DNA of 64,000 bases. Source: Candidatus Lambdaproteobacteria bacterium. Lineage in GTDB: Bacteria > SAR324 > JACQKK01. The stretch lies in assembly GCA_016204605.1 (NCBI GenBank), contig JACQKK010000010.1, forward strand, positions 77,549 through 141,548, given 5' to 3'. Shown piece by piece: positions 13,439 through 22,454 of this stretch (positions within the stretch are counted from its first letter, which is position 1; every line of letters begins with the position of its first letter). A program made the position numbers and the translations under genes. The notes under the pieces were generated by a model, which saw only the letters and a program-made list of their open reading frames with translations, made no database searches and was not told the origin of the DNA.

Positions 13439-14119
13439 TTGACGCATCCTCCGGCGGTGTCCGCCCAGCGACCCGTCCTGTTCGGCGGCTCGTTCAACCC
13501 CGTGCATGAAGCGCACCTGGCGCTGATCCGCGGGTTGCTCGCACGGGCGGACGTCTCGCGCGTGTATGTGGTGCCCGCCGCCCTCTCGCCGTTCAAGCAA
13601 GAATCGGCCCCGCTGCCCGCGGAGCTGCGCTTGCGGATGCTGCGCCTGGCGCTGGGCGGGTTCGAGCGGGTGTGCGTGCTCGATCTCGAGGTGCGGCGCG
13701 AGCCGCCGTCCTACACGATCGATACAATGGTCGCCCTCGGCGCCGCGCATCCCCAGGCCGCGTGGCGCATCGCCATGGGTTGCGACACCTACCTCGGCTT
13801 CGCCCGCTGGCATCGGGCGGGCGACCTGCTGCGGTTGGCCGGGCTGCTCGTCGTGGCGCGCGCCGGCATGGTCGCGCCCTTCCAGGACGACCCCCAGCGT
13901 TGGCGGATGGCGCTGCCCCCGCCCTGGTGCGGCGAGGCCCGGGTCGAGCCCGACGGCAGGATCATCGCCCGCGACGGCCGGGTGCTGGTCGAGTACGCGG
14001 CGCTGAACCTGCCCGACGACAGCTCGACCCGCATCCGGCTCGACCACGCCTACGACCGCGTGCCGGCACCGGCGCGTGAGCTGCTGCTCGCGTACGAGCG
14101 CACGCTCCCGCGGCCCTGA
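13439..14119 (+). CDS. nadD: Nicotinate-nucleotide adenylyltransferase
   Basis: LFGGSFNPVHEAH carries the (H/T)xGH signature and the fold is NadD-like. The exact start (TTG at 13439) is uncertain. The gene lies upstream of rlmH, as in the conserved nadD-rsfS-rlmH neighbourhood. Confidence 0.8.
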   Translation: MTHPPAVSAQRPVLFGGSFNPVHEAHLALIRGLLARADVSRVYVVPAALSPFKQESAPLPAELRLRMLRLALGGFERVCVLDLEVRREPPSYTIDTMVALGAAHPQAAWRIAMGCDTYLGFARWHRAGDLLRLAGLLVVARAGMVAPFQDDPQRWRMALPPPWCGEARVEPDGRIIARDGRVLVEYAALNLPDDSSTRIRLDHAYDRVPAPARELLLAYERTLPRP

Positions 14120-14138
14120 AGCTGGTCAGGAGCGCCCG

Positions 14139-14612
14139 ATGCACCCGCTGCGCGTGATCTGGATCGGCCGGGGCGACGAGCCGTTCGTGCGGGATGGCGT
14201 GGCCCACTATCTCGACCGCATCCGCCATTTCCAGCCGATCGAAACGGTGGCGATTCGCCCGGCCACCCGTTCCGCCCGCAACCCCATGCAGGGGCTGCGC
14301 AAGGAAGCGGAGGCGCTGCTCGGGCGGCTCGAGCCCGACCACGCCGTGGTGCTGCTCGACGAGCGCGGAAAGACCCTCAACTCGCAGGAGCTGGCACGAC
14401 TGGTGGGACAGGTCACCCGCGAGCAGGGCCGACCCATGGTGTTCATCGTCGGGGGAGCCTACGGCGTCGACGATTCGGTGCGGCGCCGCGCGCAATGGAC
14501 GCTCTCGCTCTCGCGCCTGACCCTTCCGCATCAACTGGCGCGGCTGGTGCTGGTCGAGCAGGTCTATCGGGCGCTGACGCTGCTCGCGGGCCACGGCTAT
14601 CACCACGAATGA
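14139..14612 (+). CDS. rlmH: 23S rRNA (pseudouridine1915-N3)-methyltransferase
   Basis: The ~157-aa product from the ATG at 14139 has the SPOUT-family RlmH sequence (MVFIVGGAYGVDDSV..LSLSRLTLPHQLARLVLVEQ). Confidence 0.85.
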   Translation: MHPLRVIWIGRGDEPFVRDGVAHYLDRIRHFQPIETVAIRPATRSARNPMQGLRKEAEALLGRLEPDHAVVLLDERGKTLNSQELARLVGQVTREQGRPMVFIVGGAYGVDDSVRRRAQWTLSLSRLTLPHQLARLVLVEQVYRALTLLAGHGYHHE

Positions 14613-14696
14613 GGCCGCCGGCTCGCGGAGCGGAGGGTGCCCCGGCCCGCACCGCGCCCCAGGCGGGTGCGGTGGAAGGCGCGGGGCCGATGGCGA

Positions 14697-15056
14697 TCAG
14701 CGCGCCAGTGAAATGGTCTTGCCGCGTACGTTGACGCGCAGCTTGTCTCCCGGCTTCATCCCGGCGCGCAGCAACGGCTCCTGAGGGACGTTGACCCCAT
14801 ACGCGCTGCCTTTCCCGCGCCGCTTGACCTCCACGATTTCCACCCGTTTCAGGCCTTTCTTGCCGCCGCGTTCGGGTTTGAACGGGGGCACCGGCTGACC
14901 CGTCAACTGGGAGGCTTTCACGAGCCGGTTGTTCAGCGTGAACGTGGTCTTGAACCCCAGCGACCGCGCGATTTCCTTCTGGTTGTGGCCCTCGTTGACC
15001 AGGGCCTTGACCTTCGACAGCAACTCCTGGGCCGTTTCTTTCGTATCCTTGGGCAT
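14697..15056 (-). CDS. Small DNA-binding protein with an N-terminal HTH and a C-terminal AbrB/SpoVT-like swapped-hairpin segment
   Basis: 120 aa. NQKEIARSLGFKT is HTH-like. The C-terminal GKGSAYGVNVPQEPLLRAGMKPGDKLRVNVRGKTISL is AbrB/MazE-like. GC is somewhat below the background. Confidence 0.45.
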   Translation of the reverse strand: MPKDTKETAQELLSKVKALVNEGHNQKEIARSLGFKTTFTLNNRLVKASQLTGQPVPPFKPERGGKKGLKRVEIVEVKRRGKGSAYGVNVPQEPLLRAGMKPGDKLRVNVRGKTISLAR

Positions 15057-15855
15057 AGTTTTGTTCACGGGATCAGGGTTTCGGCAGACACGGTCCTCGC
15101 AGAACGATGTCGCCGGGAGTGGCATTCACGATGGTAAGTTGAAGGGCCGATCGGCGAATGCGGGTGGAGTGGGCAACGCAAGGCCGTCAATAGTCCCACG
15201 GGATTATTTAGCATTATCCCGCCCGATGTGCAATATGCCATCGCAATGAATTCTTCAGGAATGTGAGGGATTCTTCGGGCAGCCAAGCTGCGACACTCAG
15301 CGCCGGTCACGGTCATTGGCCGAAGCGAATGCCACGCGCCCGACGGTGGCAGGTGCGACTCGCCGTGGCACCGTCCTCTGCATGCAGGGGTGAAATATCG
15401 GCGGGGTCGCCTCGGGGAACCGCATGGGCCGGGCGGCAGCCGCCCGGCATGGCCAACCGCAGCGGTGCGGGGCCGCACGCGGCGTGGGAATTTCCGTGCA
15501 CGCGCCGGGCTGCGACCTGCTCAGGAGCGGGCCGGTGCCGGGCGGGGGCGCTTGCCGCGCCTCGTCGAGCGGGCCCGCGCATCCATGGGCACCCTGGATA
15601 CCAGTTCGCCCGAGGGCAAGACCGCCGCCGCCGCAGACCGGCATCGCGCCGCAGCGCAATCCTGCTCCGCGGACAGAAATCGACCCCGACGGCACGGACG
15701 AACCTGGAATCGAACGGAGCCGTATCATGGCATACACCGCAGCGGATCGCCTCCACGCCCGCGACGGCCGTAGCTTCGCACCTCCTGTGGCAGGCGCGCC
15801 AGGCCACGTCCCGTCGGGCACGAGGAACCGGCTCCCGCCGAGCCGCCGCCCGCCA

Positions 15856-18723
15856 TCAGAAGAATGTAAGCGCCTCGAAGAAGATGAAGCGCTCTTGTTG
15901 ATATTGCCTGTCGTTGAAAGGGATGGAGACTTCGAAGCGCAATGGGAACGCCACATGGCTCAGAACATCAACGTCGAACCCGATTCCCACGCCCACATCT
16001 TGCCGCTGGGGGGCACGGTACGGATTCTCGTCGTTGTTCCACCCCTTGCCGGCGTCGACGGAGAAGATTCCGCTGATCCGCCGCGACTGGAGTGCCGTGC
16101 CGATGATGCGGCGGGTGACGATGTACTGGTACTCAAAACGCATCGCGGCGATCTGGTCGTTGACCAGCGCCACGTCGCGGGGGTAGCCGCGCAGCACGGT
16201 CGGGTCGCCGAGCAGGTGCCGCTTCTGGATCGGCGCGTCGCCATCGGTCAATCCGCGGATCAGATCGAACTTGATGACGTGACGGGGGCCCAGCGTGAAC
16301 GTCTGCGCAAACGCCAGCCGCAGCGAACCGTAGTTGAAGTCGGCATCCAAGGCCTGGGCCGAGTGCTCGTAGGACAGCGTGAATCGTCCGAAGTACTTTT
16401 CGCCGCCGCGGTAGCTGGTCTCATTGGACAGCTCCCAGTTCCCCGAGCGGCCGGGGCGCTGGATCGTGCTGGTCAGTCTGTCGGCTCGCGCGGCCTCGAC
16501 ATGCTCCACATTCGCGGCGATGCCGGTCTGCACGAAGAAGGCCTCCGGGGTCGGATGGCGGAAGTACAGGGCCGCACCCCGGGAGACGCGACCGCCGATC
16601 TGCTCCGCGTTGAGATCGAGCGAGAGCCGCTCGAACAGGAACCGCTTCCGCACCCAGCCGGCCTCGTAGAGCAACCGCTCGCTCTCCTGGCCGTAGCCGG
16701 GAATGAGGCGCACCTCGTTGTCCTCGTCGATCAGGGCGGTGGCGCCGAGACCCACGAAGTTGCCGTCGATGGCGTTGCCGCCCAGGCTGCCCCGCAGCAG
16801 GATCAGCTTTTCGCGCTGCTTCTGCCAATCGAAGAACGGGCGGAACCGGATCAGCGTGTCGGAGCGGTTGTTCTGCCGATCGGTTTCCAGCAGGTACTCC
16901 CCGGGGTCGAGCACGATGCGCTCGACCGGCCCCGCGAGCACGAACCGCAGGGTGGCGGCCTGCTCCTTGCCATCCCAGCGCTGCATGAGCGTTTCCCCGG
17001 TGACGGCGGTGACCTCGACGTCGACCGGCATGATCCCGGCCTCGCGGCGCTCGACCCGCACCTCCACGAGAGTGCTGCCGTCGCGGGGTCGCTGGCTCCA
17101 GCCGGCCAGCGCATAGTCGACGCGGGGGGTGCCGTAGAACCACTCGGCGATGAACCAGTCGATCGGCACGCCGGCGACCTCCGTCATCACCTGCTCGAAC
17201 CCCTGCTCCGTGGCGGCGCGATAGCGGTAGCGGCGGTAGAACTCCCGGATTCCGCGCCGGAACCGCTCTTCGCCGACGATGTGCGACAGCGCTCGCACCA
17301 CGAGCGGCGCCTTCTGGAACAGGCTGATCAGGGCCGAGCGGAAGTGCGGGTACTGGCTCAGCGATACCATCAGCGGGGCATCTTCGCTGGTGGCGATCTG
17401 GCCGCGCACGGCCTGCTCGAAGTAGTGCTCGCGGTAGCGCGGATTCAGCCAGTCCATCAGCCCATGGATGCCGGCGTCCCAGCCATAGAGGTAGGCGTAG
17501 AAATCCAGCGACAAGAACCCGCCCATGCCCAGCGGCAGCCAGGCCTGTCGATCCGAGTTGGCCCACACCTCCTGCCCGAACCAGATTTGCGCCAGCGCCT
17601 GCGAAAGCTTACCGACGAACACCCGGTCGATGATCCGGTTGTTCACGTAGTACAGGGTGGGAATCACGATGATCTGGCCGGCCACTCGGATATCGCCGGG
17701 ATGGGAATCGATCTCGACGAACGTGAGCTCGGGCATTGGCAGGTCTAGCCCGTAGCGCTCGCGCATGAAGAGCAGGAACTCCTCGGCCACGTCGCGGGCC
17801 AGGTTCGATACGCGCCGGTTCCCGTTCCGATAGAACGAGCGCAGCCGGATGCCATCGAAGGTCGATTCCTGCAGCTCCATCGAGTCGATGTGGACGAAGG
17901 GCAGGCTGCGCATCGGCAATGGGTTATCCGGGAGCATCAGCCGCCCGCCCTCTTCGAGCTGCAACGCTGGGCCGCGCCCCGCAACGAGCCACCCGGCCCG
18001 GTCGGCCTGGATCTTGCCTGCGAATTTCCCCGGCGTGGGATCGGCGGGGTCGCGCACCCACTCGCCGTCCCGGAAGTTGAGCAGGGCCGGGTGCCAGTGC
18101 TCGGCGAACACGCCCGTGGTGTTCCAGCCGTCCCAATAGCGTTCGGGCAGGGTGGTGCGGAAAAAGATGCGTACCGCCCTTCCGGTCGTGCCCGGCGTGA
18201 ACTCGACCCGGAGCAGCCCATCGCGGATGGAATACCCCTCGGGCAGCAGCGGATTGGCCCAATACGTGTGGCGCAGCAGACGCCCGTCATCGTCGGTGAC
18301 GGCGAAGATTTCGATCATGCCGAAGCTGAATCCCTCGGGCAGCAACGGGTCGCCCTGTTCGGGCGTCACGAACGAGCGCCCGAACGGAATCGATTCCATG
18401 TTCCGGCGCGGCCCCCGCGGGTCCGATTCCAGGAAGCGGTTCGGCGGAAGGTGAAACCACCACGTGCCGCGCGGACGCGCATCGTTTTCCGCCACCCGCA
18501 CGTCGATGCTGCCGAAGATGGCGCGGCCGGAGCCATCGAGGTGCACATCGATCCGGTAGTCAGGGATCGATTGGGCCAACGCCTGGGGCACGAGCGCATA
18601 CATCGCGATCGAGAGCAGCAGCCAGCCGGGCGCGATCGGCCGCGACCGCCCGCTCGCGGCCGCACCGGGCGCCCGCAGCGACGCCCGGAGGGCCTCGGCC
18701 CGCTCGGTTCGTGCCGGCATCAC
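15856..18723 (-). CDS. Large outer-membrane protein with an N-terminal degenerate M1-peptidase-like region and a C-terminal Omp85/ShlB-type beta-barrel
   Basis: 955 aa with a signal peptide (LLLSIAMYALVPQALAQ). The last ~350 aa have alternating beta-strand patterning, LRGY/GYPRD-like Omp85 motifs and a terminal Phe. The middle region aligns to the M1 zincin and GAMEN segments, but the HEXXH is replaced (LSQALAQIWFGQEVW). Confidence 0.6.
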   Translation of the reverse strand: MMPARTERAEALRASLRAPGAAASGRSRPIAPGWLLLSIAMYALVPQALAQSIPDYRIDVHLDGSGRAIFGSIDVRVAENDARPRGTWWFHLPPNRFLESDPRGPRRNMESIPFGRSFVTPEQGDPLLPEGFSFGMIEIFAVTDDDGRLLRHTYWANPLLPEGYSIRDGLLRVEFTPGTTGRAVRIFFRTTLPERYWDGWNTTGVFAEHWHPALLNFRDGEWVRDPADPTPGKFAGKIQADRAGWLVAGRGPALQLEEGGRLMLPDNPLPMRSLPFVHIDSMELQESTFDGIRLRSFYRNGNRRVSNLARDVAEEFLLFMRERYGLDLPMPELTFVEIDSHPGDIRVAGQIIVIPTLYYVNNRIIDRVFVGKLSQALAQIWFGQEVWANSDRQAWLPLGMGGFLSLDFYAYLYGWDAGIHGLMDWLNPRYREHYFEQAVRGQIATSEDAPLMVSLSQYPHFRSALISLFQKAPLVVRALSHIVGEERFRRGIREFYRRYRYRAATEQGFEQVMTEVAGVPIDWFIAEWFYGTPRVDYALAGWSQRPRDGSTLVEVRVERREAGIMPVDVEVTAVTGETLMQRWDGKEQAATLRFVLAGPVERIVLDPGEYLLETDRQNNRSDTLIRFRPFFDWQKQREKLILLRGSLGGNAIDGNFVGLGATALIDEDNEVRLIPGYGQESERLLYEAGWVRKRFLFERLSLDLNAEQIGGRVSRGAALYFRHPTPEAFFVQTGIAANVEHVEAARADRLTSTIQRPGRSGNWELSNETSYRGGEKYFGRFTLSYEHSAQALDADFNYGSLRLAFAQTFTLGPRHVIKFDLIRGLTDGDAPIQKRHLLGDPTVLRGYPRDVALVNDQIAAMRFEYQYIVTRRIIGTALQSRRISGIFSVDAGKGWNNDENPYRAPQRQDVGVGIGFDVDVLSHVAFPLRFEVSIPFNDRQYQQERFIFFEALTFF

Positions 18724-18901
18724 GACTCGCGCTCCCGCACGCCGCTAGGGCTGGATCGCACCTTCGCACCCGCCCGGTCGCCGCGAGGCCGCCGCGCACT
18801 CGGGCGCCCGCAGCGACCAGTCGCGCTGGAGCGAACATGCGTACACGGCGCCACGGCTGAGTCGCGGCGGATCACGACCGGCTCGGGCACGCTGAGAACG
18901 C

Positions 18902-19210
18902 TCATAGACCGGGATCGCGGTGGGCCAGCATGTCCAGGTACTGCTCCCACTCGACGGGCAGGAGGTACTTCTTCCGGCGGTTGCACTCGCGGCAACAGGG
19001 CACGACGTTCGATTTCGTCGTACGCCCGCCGCGCACGAGCGGCACCACGTGATCCATCGTCAGCTCCCGCACGGGGAAGCGGCGCCGGCAATAGTGGCAG
19101 AGCCCGGCGGCGCGCCGGTTCTTCCACCACTGGGTCTCGCGGAGCTCGCGCGCCTTGCGCTTCTCGCGGCGCAACTGTTCCTCGTCAACCTCGATCGTGA
19201 ACTCTACCAT
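18902..19210 (-). CDS. HNH endonuclease
   Basis: 102 aa from MVEF. CHYCRRRF..DHVVPLVRGGRTTKSNVVPCCRECNRRK is a classic HNH/zinc-finger nuclease motif. Confidence 0.7.
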   Translation of the reverse strand: MVEFTIEVDEEQLRREKRKARELRETQWWKNRRAAGLCHYCRRRFPVRELTMDHVVPLVRGGRTTKSNVVPCCRECNRRKKYLLPVEWEQYLDMLAHRDPGL

Positions 19211-19516
19211 GGGGGATGGATCGAATCCGGCAAGCCAGTGCCACGAACCGCGTCCGTCCGAGCCGGCGGCGGCGCCGCCACCCGGGGGACGCGCACCGCC
19301 CGACCCGATCGGCGGGCCCATCCGCAAGGCCCCCGCCGAGCCCGATCGCGCCGGTCGCCACCACACCAGCCTAGCCCAGCCGGCCGCCGGATGGAATGAG
19401 ACGCCGGGCGACGGCAGCGGGTCAGCTTCGCGGAATCGAGCGGGCCGTCGCCGTGGCCTCAGAGCCTGTGAATCAATCCATGTTCGCCAGCGGTGAGGCC
19501 GCCCTGCAAGGGCGCG

Positions 19517-19600
19517 CTACCCGTTCGTCGTACCGTAGAAGGCCATGGCGTTCCTGCAGACGATCTTCTCGCGGACGCGCTTGGGCCGGTGGCTGCGGGG
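19517..19600 (-). repeat. Direct repeat copy R1 (~85 bp) downstream of the DUF433/DUF5615 module
   Basis: It shares the ...GGCCATGGCGTTCCTGCAGACG.TCTT.TCGCG.ACGCGCTTGGGCCGGTGGC... core with copies at 20399-20500 and 21118-21215. Confidence 0.7.
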
Positions 19601-19619
19601 TGGCGGTTCGGGGGGTGGG

Positions 19620-19997
19620 CTACGCCTCTTCGCCAATCGGCAGCAACCGTACGCGCATGCGGGCTTCATCGAACACGACCACCGCCCCTCGGGTCAGGGG
19701 CTCCTGAACCGCGGGCAGGTTGGCGAGCAGGAGTGCCAGTTGCGCCTCCGGCCGGCGGCTCGTGCCGCGCCGGAACAGGATCAGCGACGGCTTGCGTTCG
19801 TGGCGCAGCGCCAGCAGCCCTCCGAAGTCGGTATCGGCGGAAACGAGGGTACGGCCCTCCGCGGCCGCCCGCGAAAAGATTTCCGCGTCGTCGGCCGCCT
19901 GGAGACCATAGTCCAGCACATGGGCGGCATCGAATCCGTTGCGCCGGAGGCCATCGGCGATGGCCGGCGACAACGCATTGTCCACGAGGAACTTCAC
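19620..19997 (-). CDS. DUF5615-family (PIN-like) putative toxin
   Basis: 125 aa with a GTG start overlapping the upstream stop (GTGA). [11 protein letters not shown].. resembles DUF5615 proteins, which pair with DUF433. Confidence 0.6.
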   Translation of the reverse strand: MKFLVDNALSPAIADGLRRNGFDAAHVLDYGLQAADDAEIFSRAAAEGRTLVSADTDFGGLLALRHERKPSLILFRRGTSRRPEAQLALLLANLPAVQEPLTRGAVVVFDEARMRVRLLPIGEEA

Positions 19998-20221
19998 GGG
20001 GCCACGAGCGGCAGCTCGCGTTCACGGACGGCCTCGGCCGCGTAGCGCAGGGCCTCGCGGATGTCCGCCGCCTCCAGGCTCGGATAGGCTCGCAGGATTT
20101 CCGCGTCGGTCATGCCGTCCGCGACCATCGCCACCACCGTCGCGACCGGGATGCGCAATCCCCGCAGGCACGGCATCCCGTCCATCTGGCGGGGATCGAC
20201 GGTGATTCGGGTGAACTTCAT
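19994..20221 (-). CDS. DUF433-family putative antitoxin
   Basis: 75 aa from [10 protein letters not shown]. The sequence ..[40 protein letters not shown] is characteristic of DUF433. Confidence 0.7.
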   Translation of the reverse strand: MKFTRITVDPRQMDGMPCLRGLRIPVATVVAMVADGMTDAEILRAYPSLEAADIREALRYAAEAVRERELPLVAP

Positions 20222-20398
20222 GGGTGCGCCTCCCCAACGGGTTCGCGTCCACCCCATCGTCGCATCGCGGGCGGCATCCCGTCCAGCAGGTGCCCGCGAC
20301 GACGGCGGCCGCCACCACGACAGGGTGACCTGGCGAATCAACCCGAAGCGGGGCGGATGCGGCCCCGAACGCCCAGGCTCGCAGTCCCCCCCTCTACT

Positions 20399-20500
20399 TT
20401 ACCCGTTCTTCAGGCCGTAGCAGGCCATGGCGTTCCTGCAGACGTTCTTGTCGCGCACGCGCTTGGGCCGGTGGCCGCGGAGTGGCGGGTCTGCTACGCT
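20399..20500 (-). repeat. Direct repeat copy R2 downstream of hicA
   Basis: It has the same ~85-bp core as R1 and R3. Confidence 0.7.
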
Positions 20501-20578
20501 GCACCCATGATTCAGGAGATCACCGAGAACCGCGCCGCGCTGGCGGCGCTGTGCCGGCGCTTGCTGCCAGCATTGCCC

Positions 20579-20785
20579 TCAGACCGTTGCGAAGACCGAC
20601 CAGTCGAGTCCCAGTTGGCGCACTGCCGCCCGCACCGTTCCCGCCTTGAGGTCTTTCGAGCCCCAGTCCGGCGCGGCCCGACCGGTTGCGGGATTTAACC
20701 ACTTCCGATGGGAGCCTCCGCCGCGGCGGGGCAACTCCTCGCAGCCCAGGCGACGCAGCCTGCCGGCCGCCTCCCGGTAGGTCAC
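20579..20785 (-). CDS. hicA: HicA mRNA-interferase toxin
   Basis: 68 aa with a GTG start overlapping the hicB stop (GTGA). LRRLGCEELPRRGGGSHRKWLNPATGRAAPDWGSKDLKAGTVRAAVRQLGL matches the HicA/YcfA fold signature. Confidence 0.7.
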   Translation of the reverse strand: MTYREAAGRLRRLGCEELPRRGGGSHRKWLNPATGRAAPDWGSKDLKAGTVRAAVRQLGLDWSVFATV

Positions 20786-21039
20786 CTGCCGCTCCAGAGG
20801 TACTCGAACCAGATCGGCTCCGCCTGAGGATTCTGGCTCAGGTTGCCCGGCAGCGGCCGGGCACGTTCCTCGTAGAGTTCCAGCACCGCCCGCAAGGCAT
20901 CCTGCACGTTTTCCAGCACCGCCTCCAGTGAGTCGCCCTCGGTCACCAGCTCGGGCAGTAAGGGACTGGTGACCGTGTATCCACCCTCTGGTTGGGGCGT
21001 CAACAACAGCGGAATCTTGAGCACGGCATCCATAGGCAT
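20782..21039 (-). CDS. hicB: HicB-family antitoxin (UPF0150-like N-terminal domain only)
   Basis: 85 aa. MPMDAVLKIPLLLTPQPEGGYTVTSPLLPELVTEGDSLEAVLENVQDALRAVLELY is typical of the HicB N-terminal domain. It lies upstream of, and overlaps, hicA. Confidence 0.65.
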   Translation of the reverse strand: MPMDAVLKIPLLLTPQPEGGYTVTSPLLPELVTEGDSLEAVLENVQDALRAVLELYEERARPLPGNLSQNPQAEPIWFEYLWSGR

Positions 21040-21117
21040 CGCTCCGGATCGCGGGTCGCTGCGCGGCTGACCCCCACCATACCACGCGGCGCCCGCCTTC
21101 CGCCTGCCCTCTTCCCG

Positions 21118-21215
21118 CTACCCGTTCTTCAGGCCGTAGCAGGCCGTGGCGTTCTTGCAGGTGATCTTCTCGCGCACGCGCTTGGGCCGGTGGCCGAACT
21201 GCTTCCGGATGGCGC
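21118..21215 (-). repeat. Direct repeat copy R3 between the argJ stop and hicB
   Basis: It has the same ~85-bp core as R1 and R2. Confidence 0.7.
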
Positions 21216-21257
21216 CTGCCGCCAACGCCGGGGGTCAGGGGAAGGGGTCGCAGCCGC

Positions 21258-22442
21258 CTACGTCGTGTAGTAGGCGTTTTCCTTGATGTAGCCCTCGGTG
21301 AGGTCGCAGCCCCAGACGGTCTCCTGGTGGCGGCCATAGCCGAGGCGGATCACGAGCCTGACCTCGGGACGCTGGAGGTAGGCGGAGATGCGGGCGAGCA
21401 GCTCCGGCGACTGGCCCGCCGCCGAGATGGCGAGGGGCGGGCGCTCCTGGCCGAACTCGATGGAGAGCCCCCCGATGGGCACCGGGTGGGCGAACACCTT
21501 GCCGATGGCCATCACGAACCGCCCCCAGTTGGGGTCGGCGCCGTAGAGGGCGGTCTTGACCAGCGGGGAGTTGATGACGGATTTGGCGAACGCCAGCGCG
21601 GCCCTGGCGCTGGGGGCCTCGGCCACGGTGAGCTCGATCAGCTTGGTCGCCCCTTCGCCGTCGCGGGCGATCTCCTGGGCCAGGTAGGCAGTGGCCTCGG
21701 CGAGCGCCGCCTCGAAGGCCGCCGCCGGGACGGCGCCCGCGAGCCCGTTGGCCATCACCACCACCGTGTCGCTGGTCGAGGTGTCGGAATCGACCGAGAG
21801 GCGGTTGAAGGAGCGCGCCACCGTGCGCCGGAGCATGGCCCGCAGGGTGCGCGGGGGCAGCAGGGCGTCGGTGAAGAAGTAGCTGAGCATGGTGGCCAGG
21901 TTGGGCTCGATCATGCCGGCCCCCTTGGCCACCCCCGTCAGCACCGCAGCGCCAATGCGCACCGAGACGGCCTTGGGGCGCGTGTCGGTGGTCATGATGG
22001 CCCGGGCGAACGCCTCCAGGGCCGCGCGATCTCCCGCCAGCGCCCCCGGCACGACCCGGCAGGCGGCTTCGAGCTTCTCGACCGGCAGCGGCACGCCGAT
22101 CACCCCCGTCGAGCTGGGCAGCACCAGGGTGGCGTCGATGCCGAGCGCCGCGGCGAGCTGCTGGCACACCCGGCGGGCATGCTCGATCCCGGTCGCGCCC
22201 GTGGCCACGTTGGCGTTCTTCGAGTTGACGACGATCGCCTGCAGACGCCCGCCCGCGACGTGCTCGCGCCCCACGATCACCGGGGCGCCGGGGAAGTTGT
22301 TGCGGGTGAAGACGGCCGCTGCGGCGCAGGGGCGCTCCGAGAACGCCACCCCGAAATCGAGGCGGTCGTCCTTGATGCCGATGTTCCGGCCCAGCCAGGA
22401 GAACCCTGGCACCGGAAGCAACGGTTCCCTGATGCCGGCCAT
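21258..22442 (-). CDS. argJ: Bifunctional glutamate N-acetyltransferase/amino-acid acetyltransferase
   Basis: 394 aa with ATML autoproteolytic-site context and a C-terminal ..GYIKENAYYTT typical of ArgJ. Confidence 0.9.
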   Translation of the reverse strand: MAGIREPLLPVPGFSWLGRNIGIKDDRLDFGVAFSERPCAAAAVFTRNNFPGAPVIVGREHVAGGRLQAIVVNSKNANVATGATGIEHARRVCQQLAAALGIDATLVLPSSTGVIGVPLPVEKLEAACRVVPGALAGDRAALEAFARAIMTTDTRPKAVSVRIGAAVLTGVAKGAGMIEPNLATMLSYFFTDALLPPRTLRAMLRRTVARSFNRLSVDSDTSTSDTVVVMANGLAGAVPAAAFEAALAEATAYLAQEIARDGEGATKLIELTVAEAPSARAALAFAKSVINSPLVKTALYGADPNWGRFVMAIGKVFAHPVPIGGLSIEFGQERPPLAISAAGQSPELLARISAYLQRPEVRLVIRLGYGRHQETVWGCDLTEGYIKENAYYTT

Positions 22443-22454
22443 GCGGGAGGGCTC

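Noticed and set aside
16421-17566. 381-aa minus-strand alternative-frame ORF inside the large OMP gene
   Set aside because: It overlaps in another frame the 955-aa ORF, which has a signal peptide and barrel features. It has no independent support.
19210-19516. Possible fourth copy of the cassette repeat between the HNH gene and R1
   Set aside because: By eye the sequence here shares no extended identity with the R1-R3 core.
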